DNA of 64,000 nt. Source: Octopus vulgaris (lineage: Eukaryota). Position numbers and translations under genes: made by a program. The stretch spans positions 79,856,001 through 79,920,000 of the forward strand of contig OX597820.1 of assembly GCA_951406725.2 (NCBI GenBank). The letters are read 5' to 3'. Shown here in pieces: positions 39,801 to 54,997 of this stretch (position 1 is its first letter; each line of letters starts with the position of its first letter). A model generated the notes under the pieces. That model had not been told where the DNA came from and searched no databases. It saw nothing but the letters and a program-made list of their open reading frames with translations.

Positions 39801-40018
39801 TACTGAGTTTCGCTAGAACATCAAAGTTTAGTAGAACGTCTTTTAGAAAATATTCATGTTGATCTTAAATGATCGAATAAAGAAACTGTAACCCAAGGAA
39901 TTGTCTCCTGTCGTGAATTCCGAGTCGATGAGCACATTTATAACAGTTGCAATTATGTATATAAAGGGTTCAGTTTGTTAAGAAAATATAGCTACAAGAT
40001 GCAATAAAATTAATTACA

Positions 40019-40089
<71 letters not shown>

Positions 40090-40883
40090 GCACACACGCA
40101 CACACACACACGCACACACACACAAACACATGCATCCCCCCACACACATTTAATGTATGTGTGTTGTTAAAACGTGAGGAGTTGCAGTTTCTCGTCTGGG
40201 AACGATTCCTTAAAAGACTCATGACGTTAAAGACCACAGTTGCTAAAGTGTCGCACTCACATTCACAAGATCGTGGTTTCGATTCCAGGACTGGGTGGCA
40301 CATTGTGTTCTTGAGCAAACCACTTCATTTCACGTTGCTCCATCCACTCGGCTGTAAATGAGTAACACCATGATGGTCTAGCACTCTGTTCAGAAGGAAT
40401 ATTTTGATCTCGGTCATCTATACGCCGTAAAACCCAGGTAACCTGCCCCATGACTCTTAAGATTCGAGGAAGTAAAGCCTAGGGATCGATAATGATCTGA
40501 AGATAGATATTGACAAGATTTAGGCGTGTGATAATTCAATGGTAGTTAAGCAGCACGTGTTTTTTTATTAAAAAATTAAAAAAATTGGCAATAATTAAAA
40601 CAATCATTAAAAATGTTTGGGTTAAACGCGCTGTAGTAATTGTGTCGTATATATGCGCTTGAAATAAAGTTCTTTTGGGTCACACACGTAAGTATGAACG
40701 GAAAATGTTCTGAGATATAATGGAGGAAGTCAAAATAAATGACTTGTAACTTGTCGGATCGAGATACGGTAAATTAATGATTCGTTCAGATGAAACCTAC
40801 CATTTGTTTCCTTTGAGGAAGCGAGATGAAACTATTAGATTTTGCCCGTTCGAGAGAGAGAGAGAGAGAGAGAGAGAGTGAGA

Positions 40884-40981
<98 letters not shown>

Positions 40982-41368
40982 ATAGCTTCATGTAGCCAAG
41001 TTCTGCCAAGAAATAAAAGAAAGCTGGCGGGAAGAAGAGCGGCTGCACCAGCGCTCGGCTTGCACGCCTTTTTAGTGGACTAGACTGGAGAAAAATAAAA
41101 TGAAACATTTTTAAGGGCACAAAACGGTGGCCCGGTCCAGGAAACAATGTCACGACTGTATGACCGTGACCTCAAACATGATTGACCATGGAATTGCACC
41201 TATAAAGTTGGCACCAGTGATGTCGCAACTCATTTCTACAGCTGAGTTAACTGGAGCAACGTGAAATAAAGTGTCTTGCTCAAGAACACAACACGCAGCC
41301 CGGTCCGGGAATCGAACTCACAACCTCAAGATCGTAAGCTCGATACTCTAACCGTTGAACCATACGCC

Positions 41369-41457
<89 letters not shown>

Positions 41458-41497
41458 TAAATATACATATATATATTATATTATATATATAATAACA

Positions 41498-41537
<40 letters not shown>

Positions 41538-42034
41538 GTATATGTGTGTGTATGTTTGTGTGTGTGTTTGCGCCTGTCTTTCTTTTTCGCACGACTGCTT
41601 GACAATTGATGTTGGTGTGTTTACACAACCGTAACTAGCTGTTCGACAGAAGCGACCTACAGAATAAGCATCTGGCTTTAAAAAAAATGTACTAGCACCG
41701 ATTCGTTCGACTAAAAGTTCTTCAAAGCGGTGCCCCAGCATGGCTGCTGTCTAATATGCCTGAAACGAAAGACATTAACGTCACTAACTGTGCGTTATAC
41801 AATTATTATTTTGCGTTTATATGAATTCTTGCAACTGTTTTTGCTCAGTGTTGTATATTTACTGTGTTATTTTTTCAAAAAGACAACAAGTCAGGGTTAG
41901 AGTCTTAGGGCAGGGGCGGATAGAGTGCCTTGCGGTATTTGTTCCGCCTCTCCGCGCTCTGAGCTCAAATCCTTTAACTTTGCAAGTCACCTTTCCAGAT
42001 ATATAGAATTGGACCCCAGTACAAGGCTCAATTC

Positions 42035-42454
42035 TTTCTTCTTCTTCTTCTTCTTCTTCTTCTTCTTCTTCTTCTTCTTCTTCTTCTTCTTCTTCTTCTT
42101 CTTCTTCTCCACTCCTCCTCCTCCTCCTCCTCCACCTCCATCATCATCATCATCATCTGTCTACTTGTCTCTTCCTCCCTCCCCCTCTCCACCCTAATAG
42201 CATGTTTTGTCAGAAGTCCACTCCTGCCACATATTTACACGGTAGTACTTACCTTAAAAGTACTCTTGTCTGCGGAGTACTCAGCCACTAGCTCACACGC
42301 TAATTTCGTTTGATGTTCACCATCAAAACCAGGAGAGAAATGTCTCCCCCCCCGCCGCCACCACCACCACCACCACCACCACTACCGCCGCTGTCGCCGT
42401 TGCTACATCACCATCTCCAGCGGCACCATCACCATCATAACCATCACCACCTTT

Positions 42455-42487
<33 letters not shown>

Positions 42488-42715
42488 AGCAGTACCACCA
42501 CCACCACCACCACCAACATCACTGCCGCCGCCGCCACATCACCATCTCCAGCAGCACCACCATTACCGTTACCGCCATAACCATCACCATCACCACTTTC
42601 ACCATCACCACCACACTCATCACATCAGCACCACAATCACCACAACAACGACCACCACCACCATCACCACCACCACCACCATCAACAACAGCAGTACCAA
42701 TGCCGCCGCCATCAG
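42035..42715. repeat. Trinucleotide low-complexity block (CTT, CCT, CAT, CCA, CAG)
   Basis: Consecutive degenerate trinucleotide microsatellites. Confidence 0.9.
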
Positions 42716-43824
42716 CACTACGTATTTCTGAAACCAGGGCGCCTATTTGCAGGAAACAATAACGAAATCAAGTGGTATTCTGTGATCAACAGATGGAAGT
42801 AGAAGCAACAACAGTGAAAAGTGCTGCTGACAGAAATGAAAGGAAACAAAAAGAAAAAAAGTCATAATATTCTTAGTTTACAAGCCTGGCAGCTCGCCCT
42901 TCCTGGCTTCTGGGGTTACCATATTTTAACCCCCGACTAAAACCTAAAATTAATATTGAATATTTTAACAGCCATATTTAATGGGGTTACCAGGTTACTA
43001 ACACCTTAGCTTAATCCACAACGATAAACCCTTCGATAAATGGCTGGATGAACGAACGAGTAATTAAGAGACTGTTTACGTAGCCGCCCGACTTCCTAGA
43101 TATAGCAGCCAAATATCTGTTAAATTATACTCTTACGCGTTTTTAACCCTTCTGGGTCTTGTGTATCACGTGATTCACAGGACTTATATGTTTTTTTTGT
43201 TTTTGTCAACTGTCTGATTAACTTGGGATTTAAGACTGAAAACAGGTATGGATATTTCGGATAAACTTATGGAAATGTTTCGGACTGGCAAAGAGTTAAA
43301 AAGCTCATAGCACAATATTGGATAATGCAAGATTGTATACACGATGTCAGCAGGAAAAAGCGAACCGGATGGTCATTTCTGGAGCGCTTTTGATCATGGT
43401 TTTTTTTTACTCAGTCGACAACTAGTCTCGACCACCATATGATACAATATGCAGTGTTGTTGTCCTCAGTCTAGTGAAGGACTGAGTCAATGGATCGAGC
43501 GAAACTGTGAGTTTGGGCTGAGCTGGAGTTAGACGACGGCGACAACAACAGCTGCAGCAGCAGCCAGAACAACGACATCAGCAACAATATCAGTAACAAC
43601 AACAGCAACAACAACAACACAGCAAAAGCCACCTCCACCACCATCCAACTGACCAATGAGACAGCCAACCAGCCGGCCGGCCGGCCGGCTCAGTTGTTCT
43701 TTTCTCGCGCATCTAATTATTATTCAGTAATTCATGTACTTTCGTACCTTTTCGTTTTCGCAGTCATTCACATAAACACACGCACACACACACACACACA
43801 TACACGCACACACGCACACACACG

Positions 43825-43855
<31 letters not shown>

Positions 43856-44981
43856 TCATACATACATACATACATACATACATACATACAGAGAGTTACA
43901 GACACACGCACACACCCATGCACATGTATACGCGCACACACATTAATACAGATAATTAGGAAGAAAACGAGAAGCAAGCAAACACACACAAACAAACAAA
44001 ATCTCGCACGCGCACTTTCTGTCTAAGCATACGGACACAGAGGGAGGCGTGTAACGTTGTCACTGAGGCTGCTAGAAACAGCAGTTAAATTTCATTGCAT
44101 ACATAATAACGTTGTCTTGGATACGTAATTTGAATAATACGGGGTGGTTATGATTGGAATGTCTGCCCAATCAGCGCAAACCTGGAGCAAAATAACAACA
44201 ACAACAGCAACACCAGCAGACATTTGCACCAACACGTATGCTTCACTGAACACACGCGCACTTACACACACACACACACACACGTACATATACACACACG
44301 CGCGCGCACACACGTTCGCTCACACACACACACACACATACACAACATACACACATGAGCTCACACTCTTCTACAAGCATGGAAGTAGTAGAAGTCTTTT
44401 AATCTAGGAAGGGAAAAATGTTAGCAATTGGCGAAGATAAGGAAGAAGAAGAAGAAGAAGAAGAAGAAGAAGAAGAAGCGAGGAAGGTGAAAGAGAAGGG
44501 GAAAAGAAGGAGGAGGAAAGGGTAAAAAAAGAAAGAAAAAAAGAAAAGACGAAAGTAATGTGTGTAGCTACATTTGTTTAATACCATCAGGACTGGTTCG
44601 TAAAAAGAACTAAACTTTAATTGGTGTGCTGTTCGAATTTTGTTCTTAGTAGTACTACTGCTACTACTAGTAAACCAGATGTAGGCGAAGGAGCAGTACT
44701 AGTTGTAGACCGAAGTCTTTTTTTTTTTTCTTTTTTCCCGTTTTACTCTTGCATACGCGAATGAGGAAGAGCGAGTGTGTGCGAATGCGTGTGCGCGTGC
44801 GTGCTTGCGTAGGTATATATGTGTGTGTCTTAGAGCTTGTGTTTGTTGGTGTAAATGTGGCGCTGTTTAGAACAAATAGACAAAACACCTCTCACTCTAT
44901 CTTATCTACACACACACTCGATATCTTCATTCATTGAGACAAATATACAGACACAACTATTGAGGCTTATATTTATTCCAC

Positions 44982-45025
<44 letters not shown>

Positions 45026-45344
45026 ATGGTAACGTTATTTAAGTAGAACGAATAAGTGGGGAAAAAACTCAGTCAAGGAGAAGCCCTCTCAGTCTAAAAG
45101 TTCTGAAATATAAACTTAAAAGAAAAAAAAAAAAAAAATTCAAGGAACAAAGTAAAAAAAAAAAAAGCGAAATAGTTTTTGGGGACCGAATATTTTTTGT
45201 AATGGAGTTTTACTGATGTAAAAATTTAATTGTCAAATATTTCACGCAATATTTGATTTAAGTTTGTTTCGTTTGAGAAATCTTGTCTCTGTCTATTTAA
45301 AAAAAAAAATTATACATATAAAAAAATTAGCAATAATAATTTCT

Positions 45345-45394
<50 letters not shown>

Positions 45395-45835
45395 ATTTTA
45401 TCCAAGATATGTTTATCAAATCTTAAAATGTGATGAAAAAAAATTTAGCAAAATAAAGAATGGAATTATGAATAAAAATATTGTTAAAATTCACTAATAC
45501 ACACACGCACACACACAAACACTTGTAAACACACAAATACAGACACACAAACACAACCATTACACACACACATACAAATACACAAAAACACATACACACA
45601 CACATACAAATACACAAAAACACATACACACACATACGCACACTTTTGGTAAAATTATAAAATGAGGAATATTCGCTAACTGGAGATGACAGTACGGATT
45701 GCGTGACAGGGTCTTCGAAGACCGTCTAATCAAATCCTCATTTTTCATTTTCTTTTCTTTTTTCTCCCGCTTTCTTGTATATATATCTATATATATCTAT
45801 ATATATATATAGATATATATCAAGACGCGGGGGAA

Positions 45836-46047
45836 ATGACTACGGAAACAGCTCTTAAGAGAGACGAATCGATATTGCTCTCATTGACTCACGAGAACTA
45901 TTCTGAACTGCGGTCAATACAGCATCCATTCTGGGACCTTAAGGAACAAATTCCGCGGGAGTATCATACGATTATTGGAGTAATAACATCTTTTTCACTT
46001 ATTTTGTCTATCGGTGCCAATTGCCTGGTCTTCCTAGTAATCTGCAA
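45836..46047 (+). CDS. First coding exon of a class A GPCR, opsin-like (N-terminus + TM1); the remaining exons were not found in the window
   Basis: [70 protein letters not shown]. It has an NYS sequon, an HPxW motif and a P..xH.IIG pattern as in rhabdomeric opsins, plus a hydrophobic TM1 with the conserved Asn (1.50). It ends at a consensus donor GTAAGT (46048) in phase 2. Confidence 0.75.
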
Positions 46048-46146
46048 GTAAGTTTCCATATAATTTTCTTTTTAGAAATATTTATTCTTTACCTTTTCCA
46101 GTATTAACTTTTGGTCTTATTTCTTTCTTTTCTGCACTTCTAAACT

Positions 46147-46270
<124 letters not shown>

Positions 46271-46287
46271 ATGCATATATATGTATA

Positions 46288-46326
<39 letters not shown>

Positions 46327-46607
46327 ATTTAAGCACACCCACACCCACACATCACACATGCACATGCATACATACATGCATATATTCAATATGTTCTGTC
46401 TCCAGACTCATTGTGTTTCTGCCAGTCAGATTTTTTATTAAAGATTCTGATCATATCGAACCGCACTCAGCAGATTGGAAAAGCGACTGTAATTGTTTTT
46501 TTGTTTTTCAGCTTTTACATTTTTTACATAAACAGCGACAAAGAAAGCGGTCATATACAGGAAGAACCCAAACACCAAAAAGACAAAATAAGCACAGTAT
46601 GCTATGC

Positions 46608-46639
<32 letters not shown>

Positions 46640-47509
46640 TTGAGTGAGAGAGAGAGAGAGAGAGAAGAAAAAGCGAACGAAAATGATTTTGAACGAGTGG
46701 ACAAATTGTCACAGATAAAATATACGCTCCGAAAGTTATGAGATAAATTGCCGTAGTTTACTCTGATATAAGTCGCACTCACTAAATTATTGTCAAACCT
46801 TGGGACAAATTTTTTTTTTCTGTTCACAACCTTTGGCTTTGTCCTGCGCATAAGACGTACCCCATTTTTTTTTTCAGTTATAATCAAGCATAAAAAAGAG
46901 CGACTTCTACATGAGTAGATACGTTATATAGTGTATTCCTTTCGATTTGTTGCGTAGTTCTATATCCAAATATTTCTTCGTATCAGCTGTATCATTTTTA
47001 TTGAGCTTTTTACTGCAGAACCGGCCCTAAGTTTACTGGTGACCTGAGCGGTTTGATTTTCGGCGCTCATTATAAGTAAAATTTTTACTAATGTTTTATA
47101 GGGAGTGAAGTCTGTAAAATGTACGAATTAACTTTGTCATAATTTATTGAATATAAAAATTAAATGTTGACTGTGTTTGTTATATTAACGCTTCTCTTTG
47201 AATTTGGAAGATTTCAAGCTATGAATAGCCACCCTCAAACACATGGTTTCACATCCATTTTTCGATTTGTTTGTCGCTTCAACCGAACTTCATTGTCGTA
47301 AATCACTTTGCACATCTATTCTTATAATTATAATAGCTCTGTCCTTAAGCTATGTATATATGTACACATATATGCATGCATACATACATACATACATACA
47401 TACATACATACATACATACTAACATACATACATACATACATACATACTAACATACATGCATACATACATACATATATATACACACACACACACGTGTGTA
47501 TATATACAC

Positions 47510-47550
<41 letters not shown>

Positions 47551-47759
47551 AGTATATATATATACATATATCGTATATATACAAACACATATGCGTAGAA
47601 ATATACAGATGACTACACATCTACATGCGTCCCTACATACGTGTATACATATGTGTACATACTTATATACAAGCAAGTACACATACATGCTTATCTACAC
47701 ACACACATATATATAACATATATATAATATATATATATGTATACACATATATACATATG

Positions 47760-47802
<43 letters not shown>

Positions 47803-47811
47803 ATATATATC

Positions 47812-47854
<43 letters not shown>

Positions 47855-47894
47855 GTATATGTATATATATATATATATTCATATACATACATAA

Positions 47895-48054
47895 GCGCAG
47901 GAGTGGTTGTATGGTAAGGAGCTTGCTTCCTAACCACAAGTTCTGGGTTCAGTCCCACTGCGTGGCACCTTGGGCAAGTGTCTTCTAGTATAGCCTCTGG
48001 CCGATCAAAGCCTTATGAGTGGATTTGGTCGACGGAAACTGAAAGAAGCCCGTC

Positions 48055-48094
<40 letters not shown>

Positions 48095-48258
48095 GTGTGT
48101 TTATGTCTGCGTTTGTCTCCGATCATCGCTTGACAATTTAACTTAGCGGTTCGGCAAAAGGAGATCGATGGAATAAGCACCTGGCTGACAAAAGAATAAG
48201 TCCTGGGGTCGATCTGTTCGACTAAAAGCGCAGCTCAATCCTTGCTGCAGTCAAATGA
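47895..48258 (+). mobile_element. SINE family A copy
   Basis: Same head and tail as 32888-33355, on the plus strand. Confidence 0.85.
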
Positions 48259-48805
48259 ATGAACTCCCACGCGTGCACACACACATACACACACACAGAT
48301 GTCAACATATGTGAGACCAAGTATATATGCATGTGTCATTGTGTATTGATATATATGTATATATCAATACACGTCGACACATGCTTATACACCTGTATAT
48401 TAGATGAACTTCTGTACGTCTCATATTTTGTGAGATTATGGATTTCTACCTAAGCTATTTAACTTCAAGGTGCGAGCTCCGACAGGTTCAAAGTGTTTCT
48501 TTATGGAGCAGAGGCAGTTGGCCAAGCATGCAAATCTCCCTCTTTGAATGCTACAGATGTTGCTTGACGAAAACCTCCCGAGGGGCTGATAACGCTTGGC
48601 ACAAATCTTATCACCAGCGTTGCCGTTACAACGCAGAGTTGGTTTCAAACGCGCGAGCAATTTCGCCGTCCCGTTGATCTTCGGCATTTTAATTATCAAA
48701 TGCAAGAAGTCCGTCTGTGTGTCTGTAACATCTACATGTAAAGTATTCAATTATAAATGATTGACATATATGACAAATATATATATATATATATATATTC
48801 AAGTG

Positions 48806-48877
<72 letters not shown>

Positions 48878-50195
48878 CATATACTTATACACATATACAT
48901 ACATATATATATATGTACGTATACACTCGCGGGTGGTTGGCGTTAGGAAGGGCATCCAACTGTAGAAAAACTGCCAGATCAGACTGGATGCAGCCCCGGC
49001 TTCCAGACCCGTCGAATATGCTACACACACGATGATGATGATGATGATATATATATATACTGGAATAGAAGGATAAAATCACGTTAATGATTTCTATCAG
49101 GTAGTCAGCATGAAATAAAAATTCAGAGGTAATTTATATATATAGGATATACAAATATGTGTGTAGAGTATTTGTGAATGACAGATTATACAGATACACA
49201 AACGCATGTGTAAATGTTATAAGTGTGTGTATATATATATTTATATAAATGGACATACACGCATGCACGCACCTCCAGGCGCGCACACGCACTCACACAT
49301 TCTTTTATTCCTTTACTTGTTTCAGTCATTTGACTGCGGTCATGCTGGAGCACCGCCTTCAGTCAAACAAATCGACACCAGAACTTATTCGTTGTGAGCC
49401 TAGTACTTATTCTATTGGGTTCTTTTTGCCAAACCGCTAAGTTATGGGGTCGTAAACACACCAGCATCAGTTGTTAAGCGATGTTGGTGTGACAAGCACA
49501 GACACACAAACACACACACACACACATACATAAATATACAACAGGCTTCTTTCAGTTTCCGTCTACCATATCCACTCACAAGGCTTTGGTCGGCCCGAGG
49601 CTATAGTAGAAGACACTTGCCTAAGGAATTGAACCCGGAACCATGTGGTTGGGAAGCAAGCTTCTTAACACACAACCACTCACACACACACACACACACA
49701 CACATACACACACACACACACATATATATATATACATACATTCACAAATAGGAGCTATCGTTTGAGTTACGTTATTACTCAAATTATATTAAATACACAC
49801 ACACACATACATACACATACAGACACGCGCACACATACATGTGTATATACATACATATTCAGTATTTATACAACGCATGTTTGTGTCCGCACACGCATAT
49901 GTGTGTATGTGTATATGCATGTGTGTCTATGCGTGTACCGTATGCATACTCTCATCCACATCACAACAGATAAATGGATGATTGCTCAGCAATTTTTTCT
50001 TTATAATTTTGAAATTACTCCTCATTTTATTTCGAAATTTTTTTTTCTTTTTCATTAAATGTATATGAACATGTGCACGTGTTTATTTATGTATATTTTG
50101 AACTAAATTCAGCTACAAATATAATGTTTATACACTCTCTCTTTCACTCTCTTTCTCATTATATATACATACTTACATACACGCACACACACGCA

Positions 50196-50232
<37 letters not shown>

Positions 50233-50240
<8 letters not shown>

Positions 50241-51686
50241 AAAAAAGGTTTGAAAATGCAATTTAAACGATGTTTATTTACTTAACCGGTTTCACTCTTT
50301 GGTAAAAGATTGTCAAAAGTTACATTTAAGGAAACATTGAATAATATGGGTTCAAAAAAGTTTTTTACATAATTGTCACATTGAATATTATGCATTCAAA
50401 AAAGTTTTTTACATAATTGTCACATTGGATATTATGGGTTCAAAAAAGTTTTTTACATAATTGTCACATTGAATATTATGCATTCAAAAAAGTTTTTTAC
50501 ATAATTGTCACATTGGATATTATGAATTCAAAAATGTTTTTTTATACATAATTGTCACATTATTTGGGAAAATTTGGCAGAAAAGGATAAAACAAATATA
50601 TTATTGGGAATTGGTTGCGTTAATTATTGGTTGTCGCAAATTGTCACATTACATGTATATATATACAATCTTTGGTATATATATACAGCGTTTTGACAGC
50701 AAAAATTAAAATGGATTTTTTGTCCATCTCAGAATATTTTAAGTATGTTTTTACTGACCTGTTAGTATTAGCAGAAAGGCTGAACTGAGAGAACAGAAGT
50801 AGCCAATGTGGTGTATACTTCCCCTTTATGCATGAATGATTTTGGGGTTATCAGGAGGTTAGTATGCGGGTGTGAATAGATGTGTCCGTGCCTGCTGGTC
50901 AGACAGCGTCTGTTTGTCACACACATATATATACACACAAACACACACACACACACAACAACACACGTGTGTGTGTGTTTGTGTGTATATATATGTGTGT
51001 GACAAACAGACGCTGTCTGACCAGCAGGCACGGACACATCTATTCACACCCGCATACTAACCTCCTGATAACCCCAAAATCATTCATGCATAAAGGGGAA
51101 GTATACACCACATTGGCTACTTCTGTTCTCTCAGTTCAGCCTTTCTGCTAATACTAACAGGTCAGTAAAAACATACTTAAAATATTCTGAGATGGACAAA
51201 AATCCATTTTAATTTTTGCTGTCAAAACGCTGTATATATATACCAAAGATTGTATATATATACATGTAATGTGACAATTTGCGACAACCAATAATTAACG
51301 CAACCAATTCCCAATAATATATTTGTTTTATCCTTTTCTGCCAAATTTTCCCAAATAATGTGACAATTATGTATAAAAAAACATTTTTGAATTCATAATA
51401 TCCAATGTGACAATTATGTAAAAAACTTTTTTGAATGCATAATATTCAATGTGACAATTATGTAAAAAACTTTTTTGAACCCATAATATCCAATGTGACA
51501 ATTATGTAAAAAACTTTTTTGAATGCATAATATTCAATGTGACAATTATGTAAAAAACTTTTTTTGAACCCATATTATTCAATGTTTCCTTAAATGTAAC
51601 TTTTGACAATCTTTTACCAAAGAGTGAAACCGGTTAAGTAAATAAACATCGTTTAAATTGCATTTTCAAACCTTTTTTCTTATATA
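50233..51686. repeat. Near-perfect 1.45-kb palindrome (about 720-bp arms)
   Basis: The arms are reverse complements around about 50960. Mirrored ORFs appear in the track (50768-51037 - / 50882-51151 +). Confidence 0.95.
50351..50562. repeat. 44-bp tandem repeat x about 5 (mirrored at about 51358-51570)
   Basis: TTCAAAAAAG-like starts at 50351, 50395, 50439, 50483 and 50527. The variants alternate, giving an 88-bp higher-order unit. Confidence 0.9.
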
Positions 51687-51716
51687 ATCCCACTCGTGCG
51701 ATACCCCACAACTCAA

Positions 51717-51785
<69 letters not shown>

Positions 51786-51850
51786 ATAGATTTATATAGA
51801 TAGATACATATATCTATACAATTTCAAACACATACACACATATATATACA

Positions 51851-51898
<48 letters not shown>

Positions 51899-52104
51899 AC
51901 TTATAAATGAGGGCAAAAGACGATCTAAAGTCTATTCTCGGCATATTTGGCATAGGAATGTTTTCTTTTGTCCTTATTTATAAATTGTTTATAATTTTCA
52001 CCTTAAAAAGTATTTTTTAATATGCTGGCCTCTGATAAAACTTTTTGAGTGCATTTTCAACTTCTAGTTTGCCTATATATATATATATCTTATTTATATT
52101 ACCA

Positions 52105-52206
<102 letters not shown>

Positions 52207-52392
52207 ATATATATATATATATTTAAAGGATCGCTAAAGAGATCACAGTTCTGTGAGGAAAGTTTCCCAGACAATGGATATAAGAAAAAATGAGAACAAT
52301 AATAAACGAGTGAAGAACGAATATACAGTGCGTGTGTATTTGACAAAAAAACCCAACAAAAAACGAAAACAAAAAAGAAAATGACCATCCTG

Positions 52393-52428
<36 letters not shown>

Positions 52429-52576
52429 TTATATATGTATATGTATATTTAATGGAGTAGTTATATGATATCATTTTAAAGAGACTTGGGCAAGGCCGGA
52501 ATAAAGCTAGAAGATATACCCGAAACTACAAAAAGAGAAAGAAACAAAACAAAACGTAGTTGTAGCTTTACTTTAT

Positions 52577-52616
52577 ATATCTAATATTTCGGGGCTATCA
52601 TCCCTTCTTCAGGACA
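52577..52616 (-). ncRNA. Probable minimal hammerhead motif
   Basis: The minus strand reads UGUC CUGAAGA A GGG-AUGAUAGC-CCC GAAA UAU UA GAUA. The helices are short. Confidence 0.5.
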
Positions 52617-53358
52617 AGTGTGAGTGTACACACACACACACAGGTGCGCGCGCACATAATATATGTTTTTATGTTGAGTTATATATAAAGACAATTTAAC
52701 TCGATAATTTTTAGTAAAAGTACACATTGCTTATCTTTTGCCTCTGAAAGTTTACACACACACGTGCGCGCGTGCGCGCGAATATGCATGTCGACGTGTT
52801 ACTCAATAGCTACAATTTCAAGTGTATGCGTTGAGTACCGCTTCCGTTCGTTTATTCCCTCATTCTTACACACGTATTGATCCACACCTATTGTATAAAT
52901 CTGTGCACATATCTCCAATTTTCAACCTAAATGTCTATGTTTATGCGCATGATTCTGTGTATGTGTGTTCGATAGTGTGTGTGTGTGTGCGTGCGTATAT
53001 AGATGTATATATATTTTTGCATTTGCTTTCTTTTATCTCCAGTTTTCCGTTCGACCACAAATTTCATATACTTGTTTTATAAAATGAGTGCACTGGAATA
53101 GTACAATGTTAAGGCCGGTGGTTTTTTTTTTCCTCTGAATATTAATCTTGCTATTTATCTCTTCCTGTCCTCCCTCTTACACACACATAACAGATATGTA
53201 AAACCAGACGGTCCTGCACAATCGAGATAAAGTCGAGAAGAAACTACCGCACATCGACTGAATATGTATGACAAATATATGTCTAATAATTATTATGATT
53301 TGATGTCAACGACTTCGAAATTTTACCTGGTTATAGCTTAATATAAACCGTGAATATG

Positions 53359-53526
<168 letters not shown>

Positions 53527-53549
53527 ATATATACAGTATATTTCCAATG

Positions 53550-53872
53550 TGGAGGTGTAATGGCTCAGTGGTTAGGGCAGCGGATTCGCGGTCGTAGGAT
53601 CGCGGTTTCGATTCCCGGACTGGGTGTTGTGAGTGTTTACTGAGCGAAAACACATAAAGCACAACGAGATGGAGAACCCTACTGTACTCTTTCACCACAG
53701 CTTTCTCTCCTTTCTGTTTCGTGTTGTACTCGCATTTCAAGGGGCTATCTTTGTCACACTCTGTACACATGTCTGTGGAGTGCTCAGCCACTTGCACGTT
53801 AATTTCACGAGCTGGCTGTTCCGTTGATCGGATCAACTGAAACCCTCGTCGTCGTAACTGACCGAGTGCCAC
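53550..53872 (+). mobile_element. tRNA-derived SINE (family C head with an alternative tail)
   Basis: TGGCTCAGTGGTTAGGGCAGCGG...GGTTTCGATTCC head. The tail GCTGTTCCGTTGATCGGATCAACTG is shared with 32220-32385 and 59675-59810. Confidence 0.75.
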
Positions 53873-54273
53873 GTATATATCCTATGTTTACAATTATATG
53901 TATGACTTACTGTTGAGAATAAAGCTCCGCGTAGATTGTCATTTCTCCCATCTTTAATTATCTCTTACCCTTTCTCTTTCGTCTTCTTGTTTCTCTCTTT
54001 TGCCTTCCCGCTCCTCTTTGTCTCTGCTTGTCTTTCGCTTCCTTTCTACGTCTCCCTCAAAGTACTTAAAAAATGTCACTCCGTCTATCAAGCTTCAGAC
54101 ATTACTTCTCAGTAACGTAATGCAGCTAAGCGTTTTCTTGAATAACACTTGGTAAACCAAATTCCAAACAATCACGTTGGTGAAGTGTACGTAGAAACAA
54201 ACGATGTACACTTGTGTTTATCATAATTTCACACACACACACACACACACGCACACACACACACACACACACG

Positions 54274-54374
<101 letters not shown>

Positions 54375-54599
54375 TTATTTATACTCAAATGAATAATAAC
54401 GATGGTTAATTGTCAGCTCATTGCAGTTGTTTCTTACGCATCTTTTTAATATCAAACTTTAATTGGTGCATATCTTTTCAGGCACTTTATTCTATCTGAA
54501 TTCTTATTTTAATATATATATATATATATATATTTGGAAATTGATGCGTGGCGTTCAATTAAATTGTAATAATAAATAATATATATAATATATAATATA

Positions 54600-54665
<66 letters not shown>

Positions 54666-54670
<5 letters not shown>

Positions 54671-54832
54671 GTAAAATAATATGTGACAATTATTCAATAG
54701 CCAAGATAAAACTCTGAGTTTCGGATGGCGAGGTGAAGCGAAGAGATGGTGTTGTGTATTTCCACCTCGGCATCCGAAACTCAGAGTTATATCTTGGCTA
54801 TTGAATAATTGTCACATATTATTTTACAGATA
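54666..54832. repeat. Hairpin with about 72-bp arms next to (TA)n
   Basis: TATCTGTAAAATAATATGTGACAATT...GAGGTG / CACCTC...AATTGTCACATATTATTTTACAGATA with few mismatches. Confidence 0.9.
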
Positions 54833-54896
54833 AATTTCCTCTATTTACATAATATTGAGGTCTCTTTCTTTTTTTGTTATCTTACCGTTTTTACCA

Positions 54897-54953
<57 letters not shown>

Positions 54954-54997
54954 CACACATACACTTCGCATCCTAGCCGATGCATCTATCTATATTC

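Noticed and set aside
42310-42762. 150-aa Pro/His/Gln/Thr-rich ORF
   Set aside because: Built from degenerate CCA/CAT/CAG microsatellites, with no domain or splice evidence.
44140-44180. Inverted CCAAT-box pair (TGATTGG...CCAATCA) about 1.7 kb upstream of the GPCR ATG
   Set aside because: Short motifs occur by chance, and there is no transcription start evidence to support a promoter call.
48436-48750. Unique-looking segment tested as exon 2 of the opsin-like gene
   Set aside because: The frames I read give no TM2/TM3 motifs (NxF..NLA..D, DRY) or hydrophobic helices.
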